Shown here one piece after another: positions 63,829 through 64,000 of a stretch of DNA of 64,000 bases. This DNA is from a bacterium (GTDB taxonomy: Bacteria; Patescibacteriota; Patescibacteriia; Patescibacteriales; JAKAJF01): the NCBI GenBank assembly GCA_021788015.1, contig JAJYLD010000003.1:33772-97771 (forward strand). The letters are read 5' to 3'. The notes under the pieces were generated by a model. It saw nothing but the letters and a program-made list of their open reading frames with translations, searched no databases and had not been told where the DNA came from. The first letter of the stretch is position 1. Every line of letters starts with the position of its first letter. The position numbers and the translations under genes are program-made.

Positions 63829-64000
63829 CTTAATTTTCTCAAACGAGCGACTTTTTGGTTCTTTTTCTAGAAAAAGAACCCTCCACGGAATGGCCCAAGC
63901 GGAGCGATTGTGGCATGGGTGAAATGTTGACAAATAAATTCGTGAGTATTAAATCAAACCCCCTCTAACCCCTCCCTCCTAAGGAGGGGAATTAAAAAAG

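Noticed and set aside
63433-63933. 166-aa minus-strand ORF at the window end
   Set aside because: It overlaps the start of the alpha/beta hydrolase gene in another frame and runs through long hairpins and palindromes. Its translation is low complexity and Arg/Phe/Ser-rich.

Overview
This 64-kb chromosomal segment is coded almost entirely on the minus strand. Gene content, minimal protein architectures and repeat style suggest a small-genome CPR/Patescibacteria-like bacterium using the standard genetic code; this is inference, not a database result.

Core content, in order:
- F-type ATP synthase genes atpZ-like, B, E, F, H, A, G, with no atpD/atpC downstream.
- A heat-shock set broken up by accessory genes: hrcA with a perfect CIRCE operator, a Nudix-GrpE fusion, hsp20, dnaK and dnaJ.
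- guaB-purA.
- mreB-mreC-mreD-mrdA.
- proS lacking the editing domain.
- secD-secF, where SecD carries a parvulin PPIase insert.
- secA, hpf, rseP, frr and holB.
- A ~13.7-kb, partly very AT-rich glycan locus (43.1-56.8 kb): priming sugar transferase, asnB-like, three or four GT1, three SAM methyltransferases, a Wzx-like flippase, GtrA, an epimerase and a short UGDH-like gene.
- An operon for a 1325-aa secreted multidomain protein (phospholipase-C-like zinc domain, lamin-tail domain, Fn3, beta-helix) plus an S53 peptidase.

I found no rRNA, tRNA or CRISPR array.

The most unusual signals are non-genic or architectural:
1. A three-copy, ~140-180 nt structured element with covarying helices; it is a candidate ncRNA.
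2. A TGTCATCC...GGATGACA hairpin/MITE-like family that sits almost always just downstream of stop codons, including a nested insertion of one module into another repeat.
3. Gene-specific long AT-rich 'word' hairpins in many intergenic gaps.
4. A GIY-YIG gene inserted at the 5' end of the epimerase gene, bracketed by a perfect 28-nt duplication that recreates the epimerase N-terminus.
5. A four-helix-bundle (rRNA-IVS-type) gene lying in the loop of a long inverted repeat.
6. Protein fusions: Nudix-GrpE and SecD-parvulin.
7. Two apparent frameshifts, in the DUF4186 and four-helix-bundle genes.

All homology calls are from motif recognition by eye; no searches were run.
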